The notes beneath the pieces are model-generated. The model had not been told where the DNA came from, did no database searches, and saw only the letters and a program-made list of their open reading frames with translations. Shown piece after piece: positions 35,060-47,418 of a DNA stretch of 64,000 nucleotides. Both the position numbers and the translations under genes were made by a program. This DNA comes from Schmidtea nova (taxonomy: Eukaryota): contig CM097884.1 of assembly GCA_044892505.1 (NCBI GenBank), positions 5,146,001-5,210,000 on the forward strand. The letters run 5' to 3'. Numbering within the stretch: position 1 is the stretch's first letter; each line of letters begins with the position of its first letter.

Positions 35060-37189
35060 GTCATCGATGAGTCATAATGTCTTTGTTTCCGGCTCCACAC
35101 TTCTACCTACTTATTTGTAAGGCAAATTCAAAAGGTTCCACTTTCGATAGTAAATTGCCAGCCTCAGCTCTTGCTTTCGTTTCAAAACTTTCACTCTCAT
35201 TGATTGTGAGCAATGCTTCCATCAATTTGTCGTAGTTCTGCTGAATGGATTTGACCGAGTCAGCATGAGCGCTCCATCGAGTATTCGATAGTGATTTCAA
35301 TGAACTACTTGCCAATTGTCCCAAAATACTCCATCGCTTTGTAGAAACAGAGAAAAAATTGTAGAGTTCATGAACAATACCGAGAAACTTAATTCCTTCG
35401 ATGCAACAGTCCACAGCAGCCTCTCCCACTAAGTTAAGAGAATGACCTGAACATGGCAAGAATTTCGCCAGCTCATTGAGTTTCAAAATTTTAGTTTTCA
35501 TGCCTATATATTTTCCAGTCATATTTCTCGCGTTATTATAAGACTGGCTTCTGCAGTTGCTGATTTCCAAGTTCAATCTTTCGTCTAAAAAGCCAACGGT
35601 TACATTTGCTAAATTTTCCCTTATGTGATTATCGATGTGGATGTAGTTGACAAATCTTTCGATTGGCTCATTAGAAGTTTGATCAATGTACCTCAAGATC
35701 ACACATAGTTGATCTTTGTGGCTCACATCAGGTGTCGAGTCTACTGATAATCCATAATACTTTGATTTTAGAACATCATCGCTGATTGATTGCAAAACTT
35801 TTCTCGCTCAACTCCTCACATGTAGTCTTTGAGAGGTAATTTGTTTTTCCAGAACCGTTGTCACCATAATTTTTTATGGGTTCGGCCAAAAAAGGATCAA
35901 ACTGTGAAATCAACTCGAGCAGACCAATAAAATTCCAGTTGCTCTCAGCCCCAAATTTTTCATTTGAACCTCTAAAAGCTAAGTTTCTTTCAATCAATGT
36001 TCAAATTACAGCCGTGACTCTTCTTAGAACCTCTCTCCAGTAGTTTTTATCTTTGCGAATTTCGTTTAGAAGTTGATCCTTTAAAACGTTGTTATTTTTT
36101 TCTGTGAAAGTATGCTAAAGAAGCTTTTCTGTGGTCCGATGAGTTCTCATGGCCTTGAATTGATGCCACAGAATTTTTCCAATCTTTAAATCCCGTTGAA
36201 GCTAAGGCAAATTTTGAGGCTTCAAAAAGTTTGCAGACAAAACAGAATACACAACCCAACGCTGGTGAATATATGAGCCATTCTCTATTAAACGTTTCAC
36301 CGTTCACTTTTTTCCCCACAAACAAGCTTTTTGAGCAATATCGATCGCGATCTTGATACGTCATTATAGAGGATTTAAAGTCATTATCTGCATTTTGACA
36401 TGTTGACGGACCGCTCTCTATCCAAAATTGTATTTCCTCAGCTGAAAGGTTATCCCAAAGTCCTGGATCACTTTTTCTATTCAATGGCAAATCTTTTTGA
36501 ATATCCGTCTCTTCATCGAGTTCTGATTGTTCGTTTAAAGTTTGAGTCACCTTGATTGAGTCCTCTAAAAGACCCGATAAACTAGCTTCTTCACTTATGC
36601 CAAAGTTTGTAAAATTAGCTGAAGTTGATGAATTAGCATGAGATTCGGTTTCAACAGACAACTATCGAGATTTCGATGTTTCTTAATGTTTTTTCTATTT
36701 CTGCTTTTTTCTTTCTTTTTGCAGCTCCACTTTCATAAGTTCTTAAGGAGCTTCTTCCCATTTCTGGTTGAAATTTTTTTTTCTCGGAGAAATTAACTTA
36801 ATATATTTTAATTTTAAGATGAAAATTTTATCAATGAAAATATTAAAATCACTATGAAATAATTATATTGCAAATCGATTGATATTAAAAATATTTTTCA
36901 TACTACTCAAAATTATTTTGGGGCCCCTTATTTTGCGGGGCCCCTAGGCCATGGCCTAGTCGGCCTGCCTGTAAATCCGGCCCTGTCTGTCGTGTATTCT
37001 ATAGAAAAGTAAAATAATCTTTTTTAGTTGTTTTAATAATAAATAGAAGTTGATATATTTATTTCTAATTACTTTTTTTAAATAGAAAAAGAATTAGTTT
37101 GTTCATTTCACTTTACTATCTACAAGATAGAAGATTTTTAAAACTTCATTTGATCCCAATAGTGTTCCTTGGGTAAAGAAATTGGCTTA

Positions 37190-37790
37190 CTAGATGTTGG
37201 AAAGGTCCCCTGATCTTGAATGCAAAGCTTTTGAGAAATGACATTGATGAAAAGATTAAAAAATCATTAAAAACTGAATAGGAGAAGACTTGTGCAAACG
37301 ACATTTTCTAAAGCAGGCATTAGTGGAATTTCAAGAACTGCGCGCTGCTGTATCCAACAAGATATAACTCAAGTAACAGATAATATTAATACTACCAAAT
37401 AAACAACATCAGGTGTAAAGGATGGTGATGGCAAATACATATACAAAGTTGAATTTCTCCAACACAATTTCCTGACGAGTGCCTAGAAGATTTTGTATTC
37501 TTCATAAAATAGATATTCTTGTTCGTATGAGTTGACAATACAACGGGTGTTATGTCATCTTTTAGCTGTATTGTACGACAATAAACTTGTTGGGCCACCT
37601 AATACTCCTGGTGGATTGAAAATAAATTCTGAGCAGTACTATATATTCTTATTATGTAAGTTTTTTACAGTGATAAAATTTACTTCATTTGGCTTAAAGG
37701 AAAAGTTTGTCTTAATAAAGGACAATGTTCATCCACATGCACAAAGGCATACAAAAGAATTTATTACCGAAAAGTATAGGGACTGATTAT
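37190..37790 (+). mobile_element. Tc1/mariner-superfamily transposase remnants
   Basis: Degenerate ..AVLYDNKLVGPPNTPGGLKINSEQY..KDNVHPHA and an SPDLN-like stretch near 37205. Confidence 0.45.
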
Positions 37791-38506
37791 TGTTTTGCTC
37801 TAACAAAATCTTTTGGAAAGCTAATGGGATATTTTAAAATTCCAAATATGTTCTTCCTTTTATAGTTCGTCAAATTTGTGGGGCTTGACATTATTTTGTT
37901 TTTCCATTTTCGCCTCTCGCATTCTCCACAACTCCTGCCTATCCTGACAGCTAACGAGATATGCCAAACTTCCTTTTTTGTTATTCCGACCTTTCTCCTA
38001 CAATCCTATTATCTCTGACTGTTGAGATATGAAATTTCCTCTTGTTTTTGTTTTTTTTCAATTTTGGAATTTTTCTCCCTTTTTATACTTCTTAATTAGG
38101 GATGACCTTTTCTTGCGAATCTTTCTATTTCTATTATTTTGTTGCCATCTTCTCACTTCTCACTTTTTGCTCTTCCTTCTTTCTTCTTTCAAAACATCAC
38201 ATCAATTACCCTGTCCATCTTCCCCCAATAATTTTAATTATTTGTGATAATATTTAATTTATTATTTAGGTATCCTCAACATTATAAATTATTATTATTA
38301 TTATTATTTATTATTATTATTATTATTATTATCATTATTATCACCATTATTATCANNNNNNNNNNNNNNNNNNNNNNNNNNNNNNNNNNNNNNNNNNNNN
38401 NNNNNNNNNNNNNNNNNNNNNNNNNNNNNNNNNNNNNNNNNNNNNNNNNNNNNNNNNNNNNNNNNNNNNNNNNNNNNNNNNNNNNNNNNNNNNNNNNNNN
38501 NNNNNN

Positions 38507-38720
38507 TCATAATGATGACTATAGATCCAAATTTTTTTTATAAACTAACACAATATTTCGACAAAGCCTTTATCAAGTGATAAAGGCTGTGCCGAAATAT
38601 TGTGTTATTGTTTATAAAAAAAATTTTGATCTATAGTCATCATTATGAGAATTATTGATAATAATAATAAAAAAAGATCAAAGGTGAAAAAAGATAATTA
38701 TGATATTATTATTATTATTA
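38507..38720. mobile_element. Head-to-head (inverted) pair of Penelope-like pseudo-LTRs forming a palindrome
   Basis: ~70-bp arms around ..CCTTTATCA AG TGATAAAGG..; the right arm continues as the pLTR seen at 58021-58160. Confidence 0.75.
38548..38579 (-). ncRNA. Minimal type I hammerhead ribozyme motif (U3-A8 variant)
   Basis: Minus strand CAC-TTGATAA-A-GGC-TTT-GTC-GAA-ATAT-T-GTG. Confidence 0.55.
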
Positions 38721-38812
38721 CAAGATTAAAAAAAATTATTTATTGTATATTATTTTAAATCTTTTTAAATTACAAAATAATGAAAGCAATGTGCTTAATC
38801 CAAATAATTTAA

Positions 38813-38893
38813 CACGTTGACGGACAGTATTAAAATTACAGCATTAAAATTACTTGAACTTGACGGCTATAGACGCAACTGTCCGTCAACGTG
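38813..38893. mobile_element. 81-bp piggyBac-type MITE
   Basis: Perfect 16-bp TIR CACGTTGACGGACAGT, TTAA on both sides (38809-38812, 38894-38897). Confidence 0.8.
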
Positions 38894-39413
38894 TTAATTA
38901 TATCGGAAATTTATACTTTCAATTTGTAATAAAATTTACAAATTTGATAATATAACTGAATATAATCTTTACTAAATATTTTAGTTCTATTTTAGTAATT
39001 GGAACTAAATGTTTACAAAATGCAAGCGCTCTCCATAATGTACAGTCAAAGTGTTAGTCACATTGTTTTTGGTAACACTTCAAGATTGACAACAGATTTA
39101 CGGCATTTCGCAGACTAAAGATATACAAATGTGAAAATGTGGTGTTTCTGTACAGAATAAATAATTGACTAATCAAGGCAAATTTCACACTTCAATACTT
39201 GTTCTTTCATTCACTAATAAAAAAAAAAAATTATATTTTTTCAGCATTTGAAATATAATCAGAATTCGACTTATTATTATTATTATTATTATTATTATTC
39301 TTATTCTTATTATGACCATTGTGATTTAGTTTTACCTTATATTTCATAAGAACAGGCTAGTTAACGATGGCGCCTGTAACTAAGGTAACAAGTTATCACG
39401 ACTGGGTAATGAG

Positions 39414-42400
39414 TAGGGCCCGGCAAAAAATGCATTTATAACGTAAAAAAAGCAGTTATGAAAATAAAAAAGCAGTTATGAAAATAAAAAAGCAGTTATG
39501 AATTATTTTTTTAATCAAATTTTTTTGAGTTAAAATAAACTGAAAAGAATTTCGGAATATTTGCTTTTTTGATTTTCTATGTTTTTCAACAACATCTTTT
39601 TTATGATAACTGACTTCTACGCAACAAATATTACAATAAAGCGTTGAATCTGGTCCAAGAACGAATTCGTTTTTGTATTTGTTGATAAAATACTGGATTT
39701 TTGCAAAATTTGATTTTTTATATTTCATTTGGGCAAATTTCTTATAAAAATAAAATTGCAATTTTTATTACGAAATGATTTAATTTAAAAGTGAAGATCT
39801 GATAGAAATACAGTGTGTTTAAACAACACTATAAATTAAATAATTATAATTTTTTGTATTTTAATAGTAACTATCTTAATATCAGACATCAAGAATAATA
39901 ATATTTATTTTAAAAACAACTCCTTCTTGTTGCTTATTTAAACAACACTGTTTTTAAATAATAATTACATTACTTTCCCCTCCTCAACTTTGATGCCGTC
40001 TCTTCAGCCACCCTACCCGTCTAGATCGACTAGAATCCGGAAATTGTAGCTCAACTTTGTGTTCCGACAAAAATCTAACAATCTTATATGGTCCATCGTA
40101 TTGTATGTCATTCTTATTCCTTCTGTGTGGCTCCCGTTGAACCAATACTTCCTCCCCCACTTCAAAAGAACGTTTACATCTTCGATCTTTTTCTAAAATT
40201 CTCATTCTATCAGTCGCTAACTTAGCATTCTGAAACACTTTCTCGTCAACTCTTTGGCCTTTGATCTCTGATCCTTGTCCATTGGCATGAAGTGACACTT
40301 TCCGTCCATACACAATCTCAAATGGAGAATATTTAGTTGCGCTTTGAAACGTCGCATTGATGCTGAATTCCACCCTTGGAAGTATCTCGCACCATTCATA
40401 TCGCCTGTTGCTACTAAGAATTGAAGTCACCAGTAGATCTCTCATCGTGCGAATTACTCTTTCTACCAATCCATTTGATTGATGTTGATATGGTGCTGAG
40501 AATTCTTGACGAATCCCTAAAACTTCGAATTTCTCTTTCATATATCTGCCTTCAAAATTTTTTCCTCTGTCTGAAAGAATGCTTTCTGGCTTTCCATATT
40601 TATAAATCCAATTATGAAGTATAATCCGGAATATCGTCATTTCGTCTTGCTTCTCTGTCGCAGTTAGACATACTAATTTACTGAACCGATCTATTATGAC
40701 AACCACATATCTCTTTCCGGACCATGTCTTTTCCATGTGTGCTACATCAACTACGATTTGTTCCAGAAACCCGTTACTACTGCGTGGAATAAAAAGTTCT
40801 TTCGTTCTTCCTTGATCTATTTTCCTTCTCGCACATATACTACATTCTTTTACAACGCGTCTTACTGTTTCACACATCTTTGGCCAGAAAAAACTATTTT
40901 CCATGTAATGAAAAACTTTTTTCCCCCCACATGGCATAATTTTTCATGAATCTTCTTAACCAGTTGTTTTTGATGGCTCTCTGGAACTGCTACTAAATCA
41001 TTGGATTCTCTCTCTACGGTAATTAGGTCATCGTTGATCTTCAATCTGTCTTTGTGAGCATATAGGAAAGATTTCTTGAAAAAATCTTCTTCCTCATTCA
41101 AAAATTCATTGATATAATTCCATGCTCCTTGAAACCCCTTGTCCTTCTTTTGTTCTTCCATAATTTTCATCATGGTGCCAGTTTTTTGTATCAAATTAAT
41201 ATATCGTGCCCTAGCTCTTTCCTTCTTCGGCTCTTCGTGTTGTGTTTGACATTGTGCGCACAACATTCCTCCAATTCTCGACAATTCATCGGCATTCCCA
41301 TGTTCTACTCCTTTCCGATACTGCAATTTAAAATTATATTCTGATAAGTTCACCATCCATGTTTGGAATTGTGGACTTATCGCTTTCTTCATAAATACAA
41401 GCTCCTTGTGGTCGGTTCTCGCTATGAACTCCTTCCCATATAAGTATTGACGAAAATAAGTAACATACTCATGCAATGCCAGCAATTCCTTTCTGGTCAC
41501 ACAGTACCCTTTTTCGTGTGCTGTGAGATGTCTCGACCCATACACTATTACTACTTCTTTACCTTCCTCTGTGATTTGACTCAGAACGGCACCTACCACT
41601 TCAAAACAATCATTCGTATCTAAGACAAATACCCTGTCCATCCTAGGGTAATCCAGTATAGGTGTTTTCATCAGAGCTTCTTTTAAATTCTCGAAACTTG
41701 TTTCACATTTTTGAGCCCATTGTAAGGTCTTATCACACCCCGTTGATGCTGCATATAGTAGTGCTGCCAGACGCGCATAATCTTTGACGAATCTTCGATA
41801 ATAATTCGTTAGTCCCAAAAATGAGCGTAGTTGTTTCGCACATTTTGGTCTTGTAGCTTCCCTAATCACCCGTATCTTTTCTTCGTTAGTTTGAATATCG
41901 AACTCACTCACGGTATGCCCTAAAAATATTAACTTATCTTTGTAGATCTTACATTTCTCCGAATTTATCTTCACGCCAATATTTCTGATTCTTTCAAAAA
42001 CTTCTTTTAGCCGGCTGTCATGTTCCGATTTATCCTTCCCGTATATGAGGATGTTATCTAAATATACCACCGCCCCATTAAAAAGAATACCTTCTAACAT
42101 AGTATTCATGAATCTCTGAAATGTAGCTCGAGCTGTTGTCAATCCAAACGGTAATCGCACAAAATAGAACTGTCCGCTTTTTGTACTAAACGCGGTTTTC
42201 TCCTGTGACTCTGCTGCCAATGCCACTTGATAATATGCTTGACCCAGATCCAATGATGAGAAAAACTTCGCTCCGGCCAAGCATTCCAGTAGCTATGTGA
42301 TATTCGGCATCGGAAAAGATTCCTTCTCTGTCAGACTATTTAGACTCCGATAATCGGCACACATTCTAATCGATCCGTCTTTCTTTCCTACTATGACTAA

Positions 42401-43236
42401 TGGTGCGTTCCATGGACTCTGACATCGCCTGATCACCCTTGCTTCTACTAACTTTTGTATTATGTCATCTACCTTCCGTTCCAGATGCATCGGTTGTCGT
42501 CGTGGATATTGCATCACAGGATTACAAGTCGTTTTAATTTTATGTACTACCGTCGTGGTATATCCTAAATCGAATTTGTTTGCCATAAATATTGAAGCAA
42601 AATCCGTGATTGATTTCTCGAGCTCGATAATTTCCTCTTTCAGCAAGTCTGTTTTCGCTTTTAATAGTCGGTCTTTGTCGTTGATGTTTGTCTTGATCTC
42701 ATTGTCTTCAATACTTTCACTTCCACCAGTTGTATGCCGAACGCTTTCATTGTATCTACTCCACCAAAAAATCCTGGTCGAATATCCCTCATAACAACAA
42801 TACATATGTTCCTCTGTTTTTGGTTCCATTTCGCCTCTACCATCGTACGTCCCAGTGGTCTTTTACTTCCTGGAAAAACGCCACAAATCGTCAAATCTCT
42901 TGCATCTACGTGTTTTAACTGCGTTAATTTTGTCGTGGTCGCCAGTAACTATCTTAATATCAGACATCAAGAATAATAATATTTATTTTAAAAACAACTG
43001 CTTCTTGTTGTTTATTTAAACAACATTGTTTTTTAATAATCATTACATTACTTTAATACATTAAAGTTTTCCAAAAATATATATTATAGTATCAATTATT
43101 ATTTTTATTTATTAATTATTATTTTACTAAATAATTCTATAAAAAACTTTATTTTTGCACTTATATGAATTGTTAAAAAAAAGCATTTATAGCATTTATG
43201 AATAAAAAAAGCAAAAAATAACATTGCCGGGCCCTA
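39414..43236 (-). mobile_element. Internally deleted hAT-type element hosting a gypsy insertion
   Basis: 13-bp TIR TAGGGCCCGGCAA; 8-bp TSD GTAATGAG/GTAATGAA; residual N-terminal zinc finger (LYCNICCVEVSYHKKDVVEKHRKSKK). Confidence 0.8.
39866..43052 (-). mobile_element. Gag-less Ty3/gypsy element with 109-bp AG..CT LTRs
   Basis: LTRs 39866-39974 and 42944-43052 (AGTAA...TTACT); TSD TTAAT; PBS TGGCGACCACG; PPT GAGGAGGGGAA; half protease, RT (YLDN), RNase H and integrase (GPY) with about one stop and two frameshifts. Confidence 0.92.
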
Positions 43237-44240
43237 GTAATGAAAAATATATCAAAGGGATTATTTATAGTATTAGTAATACTCATATCGCAATGCAAAT
43301 TCATTTAAAAGCCAGTTGTAACAATTCACCACTGCATTACATTGACATTTTCTCCACATGATCCGTTCATTATGATTTATTCAAATTGTACAATGATTAT
43401 ATAATACATGCTTAATTTATTCATCCCAAAAAAGGTTTTCATTAAGATTATTTTTATAAGTTGAATAAGTATGTGAGAAGAAAGTAATTTATTATCGCGA
43501 AAAAAATTTTCTAGTTTAAACGAGTTCGAGTGCAATTGTATTTTTATTGTTAATATTGTCAATAATCCAAATTAATAATTTCTTATTGCTTTTTACATTC
43601 GAAGAAGTATATTGTTACATTCATTTAGTATAAACAATAAATAATACGATACATTTTGAAAACCCAAAAAAATAATCTCAATGGTCATTATCCGTTAGGT
43701 ATTCAAGCACCGCGCATATGGCCAAAAATAGGAAATCAGGCATAAATTTGAAAATTAGTTTTATTAGGAAGATGCGAATACACAAGAACACTACCTCTCC
43801 GTTTGGGTATATATTTGCGTGTGTTTCGAATTTTTCATTAATTTTGAAAAATGGCGGTTAAGATTGTTATAATTTTTAAATTTTTTTGCAGTTTTTAAAC
43901 AAATTCTGAGCGGAGAATGGGTCATCGAATTTTGATAATATTTCATGCGTTGGATGTGCAATGAGATTTGTGTAACATTGATTCAAAGAACAATTTGAAA
44001 TTTGAAATCCCAACATTTAAAAATAAATTTTAAAATTTAATATTTTTTAATAATTTTTGATGAACTAGAATAAAACATTTTTCTCTGTAAAGATAGCAAT
44101 TTCAAAAATCTACAATTATTTTCAGATTTTTATTTAAGTAAATTTCAATTAATTTAAAATTTTTAATCTTTTAAGAACCTTTGGGGGTTTTTATGATCCA
44201 AATCGATATTGCTAAAATTTAACATTATTTGGATGATATA

Positions 44241-45951
44241 CTCCGGCCTACATAAAGTCTCCAGATAGGCAGTTATTTACATATTGTAGTTTATAATGAA
44301 CAGCAATGGGAACAAATGTCACAAATACACACGAATACTGAATGTCTGTGAGAGAGTTAGTACTTTGTTATATTACCTTTCATCTGGAAAAGTCGGCGCA
44401 CTCGTTTAGGCATCGTATTGACTACTTTTGCCCGGAAATCAGGGGAGATGTGTGACCATTCCTCATGCAGATGCGTTTCCAGTTTGGAGGCGTTACGGGT
44501 AATGGGAATCCTTTTGCGAACTCGTCTACCAATGACGTCCCACAGAAACTCAATAGGATTCAGATAAGGGCTTTGTAGAACAGAATCCAAAACGTTGATG
44601 TTGTGCTGCAGAAAGAATTCATTCATAATGTGCGAAGTATGGATTGGTGCAATATCCTGTTGGAAAATGAGCCCCTCAATTTCTGGGAGAAAGGGAACAA
44701 GCTCATTTTCCAGAATGACACGGACATCATGTGATTACTGTACTTCACTAGAGGGCCAGTTCCACGATCTGAGAAAAGACTCCAAAACATGATGGAGTCT
44801 CCTCCATATTTCACAGTTGGCTGATTGCAGTTCTCCTACATGACGCCAGCAGAATTGCTGTCCATTAGATTTGAAAAGAGTGAAACGTGATTCATCACTC
44901 CAAATGACTGAGCGCAATTGTTCTGCGGCAACACTTCAATCGACGACGAATTGTTTCTGTAATCAAAGGCTTCCTTGCGCAGTATCTGCCATAGAAACCA
45001 TGAAAATGTAACACGCGACGAATGGTGCACATGCTGGCATGCTCAGAGTCAGTGTTAAATGTGGACACTAACTTGGACAGGAGGAACTGACGATGAGCCA
45101 CCACAAGTCGTTGTGTACGGTTGCTCAGAAGTTTAGCGCTGCCTGAACGTTGCTGGCGGTACTTCCTCAGGAAGTAGTTAATAGTTCCTTTGGGATGGCC
45201 AGTCAATGTAGAAGTTTCACTCAAGAAGTTTCCACAAAGGTAACATCCGTAAATAATACCTTTCTGAAAGTCTGTAAGCTCTCTCTGAGTAGCCGTATTC
45301 TAAGAAATAACAATCCTTCATTAACATGACTCACTGTTATCACTGTTGTGTGTCCGGTGTCATATAAAAACTATCACGATTTATCCATGAAATTAGGCAA
45401 AATTCACAATTGCAAATCAACCATCTCTGCCCTTGCAATTGGATCTTTTGGGACATGGGACAATATGAATGAATCGATCTTGAAGAAAATAGGGCTAAAC
45501 AAAACCGAAATCAGAATGCTTTCAAGGAAATGTGCCATCAGTGCAACAATTGCTAACTATCACATTTACCGTGAACACATGTCCGGTAACAATTAATTCA
45601 AAAACCAACCTTAAAAAACTTTAAACGATAAAGAGTGAGAGTGCTCTTCTTATAGCCTTAATTGGCTCCTTGGTCTTATTTAAAGTCCATGTGTTATTAA
45701 ATAAACCTTTCATTTTTTTATATTCTAAGAAAGTGACAATCCTTCATCAACATGACTCACTGTCATCACTGTTGTGTCTGGTGTGAGTAATCATATTATG
45801 TGTGTGAGTGCGTGTGTACATGTGCGCATGCTGCATGTTGAAGGTGTTGTGATCTTTGTTCCCATTGCTGTTCATATTTGCACTGCAGACGTTCATTATA
45901 TACTCCAATATGTAAATAACTGCTTGACTGGAGACTTTTGGTAGGCCGGGG
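44241..45951 (-). mobile_element. Tc1-like transposon, decayed
   Basis: ~90-bp imperfect TIRs (CTCCGGCCTACATAAAGTCTCCAG / CCCCGGCCTACCAAAAGTCTCCAG) flanked by TA; motifs VIWSDESRF, QDIAPIH, SPYLNPIEFLWD. Confidence 0.85.
45361..45720 (+). mobile_element. 3' fragment of an RLE-type (R2/NeSL-like) non-LTR retrotransposon
   Basis: KNYHDLSMKL..LAIGSFGTWDNMNESILKKIGL..IYREHM* resembles the C-terminus of restriction-like endonuclease elements; AATAAA near the 3' end; flanked by a ~64-bp direct duplication. Confidence 0.7.
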
Positions 45952-46059
45952 TAGATCATTGGTCACCAATTACTTTGTGCCGTGGTCAGTTTATATAATA
46001 TATCCAAAAAATATTATTACCTCCAAACCGTGGTCCGCCAATCGGTGATACATGTTTTA

Positions 46060-46090
46060 AGTAGGAGGATAAGTCAGATCTGCACCACTA

Positions 46091-46180
<90 letters not shown>

Positions 46181-46270
46181 CGCAATCATTATGTAATGAA
46201 TGAGTTTTAAATAGCACTCATGGTTATGTAATTATTGTGTACCATTTTTTCGGCCCTTACCATAGCATAT
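46060..46270 (-). repeat. LTR-like dispersed repeat with central (TA)n, inverted homologue of 49080-49240
   Basis: Reverse complement GGTAGTGGTGCAGATCTGACTTATCCTCCTACT versus GGTTAGTGGTTCAGACCTGACATATCCTCCTAGT; the other ends also align (TGCTATG..GGCCG). Confidence 0.55.
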
Positions 46271-46469
46271 AAGATTCGAAGTAATAATTACGTTATCGAT
46301 GTCAGGGTCATTTGGGGTCAAGGTTATTTTGAGGCCAAGATCATTTTTTTGCTTTAAATTAAAATATTTTAGAGGAATTTTAGAATTTTACCGCTGTTTT
46401 GTTTAGATAAAGTAGATTATTGGCGCAATTTAAAAAAAAGCCTTATAATTAATATTTTACGTGTGGCAT

Positions 46470-46625
46470 TCGAAGCCCTCCCTGGTCGTTGGCAGAAGTG
46501 TGTCGATGCCGGAGGTAATTGGTTTGAGAAGTAATGGTATTGGTGTTGATAAAAATTTAGTCGTAGTTTCTTGCTTTTACTTTTTTCTGGGGTAGGCCGG
46601 AAACTTTTTGACCGCACCACGTATA
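46470..46625 (+). mobile_element. Mariner 3' end fragment
   Basis: LPGRWQKCVDAGGNWFEK* followed by TIR ..GGCCGGAAACTTTTTGACCGCACCACGTA. Confidence 0.75.
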
Positions 46626-46649
46626 AGCATTATTATTTTATTTAATATT

Positions 46650-47400
46650 ATTTTTTATAATTATTTTTATTAACATTATTTTTATTATTAATATCAATAA
46701 TTCCCATAATGGTAAAACTATAGATCAATTTTTTTAAAACAAGTACACAACATTTTGGTACAGCCTTTATCAAGTGTGTTTCAATCGTTCTATTAACTTA
46801 ATCTTAAATACTAACCTTAATTATTTATTTTATTTTTTATAATGATTTTATTGGATAAAATAAGTTTATTTTAATTTACTTTTTAAACATGATTTTTTTG
46901 TGCGAATTGAATGTTGAAGGACGGTTTGTATCTTTTGAGGTAACAAGTCTCGGAATCCCTCTTGTAAAATTTGGCATTTTGTTTCTTCATATTTTTTGTT
47001 TCTATTTTTTTTTCTATAGATGAAGTTGTTTTATGTACTTTTTCCCAGTGTTCGTAAAAATTTACTGGTTTTATTTTTAGTATATATTAAGTCGGGTGCG
47101 AAGAGTTTTATGTGTTTTTCCTATGTAAGTAGCGTCACATTTTTGATAAGAAAGTTTATATACTATATTTTTGGAAAAGTAAAAGCATCTGGTTGTGGAA
47201 CGGCAAAGACATTTATGTTTGGAGATGTTGGATATTAGTGGCTTTCAGAGTTGTAGTTTGGAACGGTGCAGAAGTTATGAAAATAGGACAGGTGTGGATA
47301 GGCAAATCTGTTTGGTTAAAAATATTGGTGATTTTTCGCAACTGTTCTTTAGCTTTCTCCTAGCAGTTTCCGGTGTTATTTTCTCGAAAGATTTGCCAAA
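46650..47400 (-). mobile_element. Penelope-like element 3' fragment (GIY-YIG + pLTR)
   Basis: Minus-strand KNIVYKLSYQKCDATYIGKTHKTLRTRL; inverted homologue of 58380-59070; mutated hammerhead motif at 46745-46778. Confidence 0.8.
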
Positions 47401-47418
47401 TTCAACTTGTTTTTTCGG

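Larger units (their letters stand above)
27873..35111. mobile_element. Non-autonomous Polinton/Maverick derivative (7.2 kb including N gaps)
   Basis: Perfect 64-bp TIRs (27873-27936, 35048-35111) starting AGTAGG and ending CCTACT; exact 6-bp TSD TATTTG (27867-27872, 35112-35117). No PolB, integrase, ATPase or capsid ORF in the sequenced interior. Confidence 0.85.
26898..36985 (-). mobile_element. hAT DNA transposon (ZMYM1/TTF-zinc-finger type), split by a Polinton derivative
   Basis: TTF-type finger REWLIYS..CVFCFVCKLF..GFKDWKN; LAFRG; SVDSTPDVSHKDQL; CSGHSLNL; TRWS; C-terminal GERSFSKLKLTKNDLRSTLSQ. 5' TIR CAGGGCCGGATTTACA ends at 36985; the other end retains only CCGGATTTACA (26903-26913). 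Removing 27873-35117 restores EFALQ|IVMWYQ. Confidence 0.9.

Noticed and set aside
37800-38230. Purine-rich minus-strand stretch resembling a gypsy integrase tail
   Set aside because: Too degraded to support a call.
39368-39385. ATG GCG CCT GTA ACT AAG|GTAACA as a first exon
   Set aside because: No downstream exon could be linked; an 18-nt signal is expected by chance.
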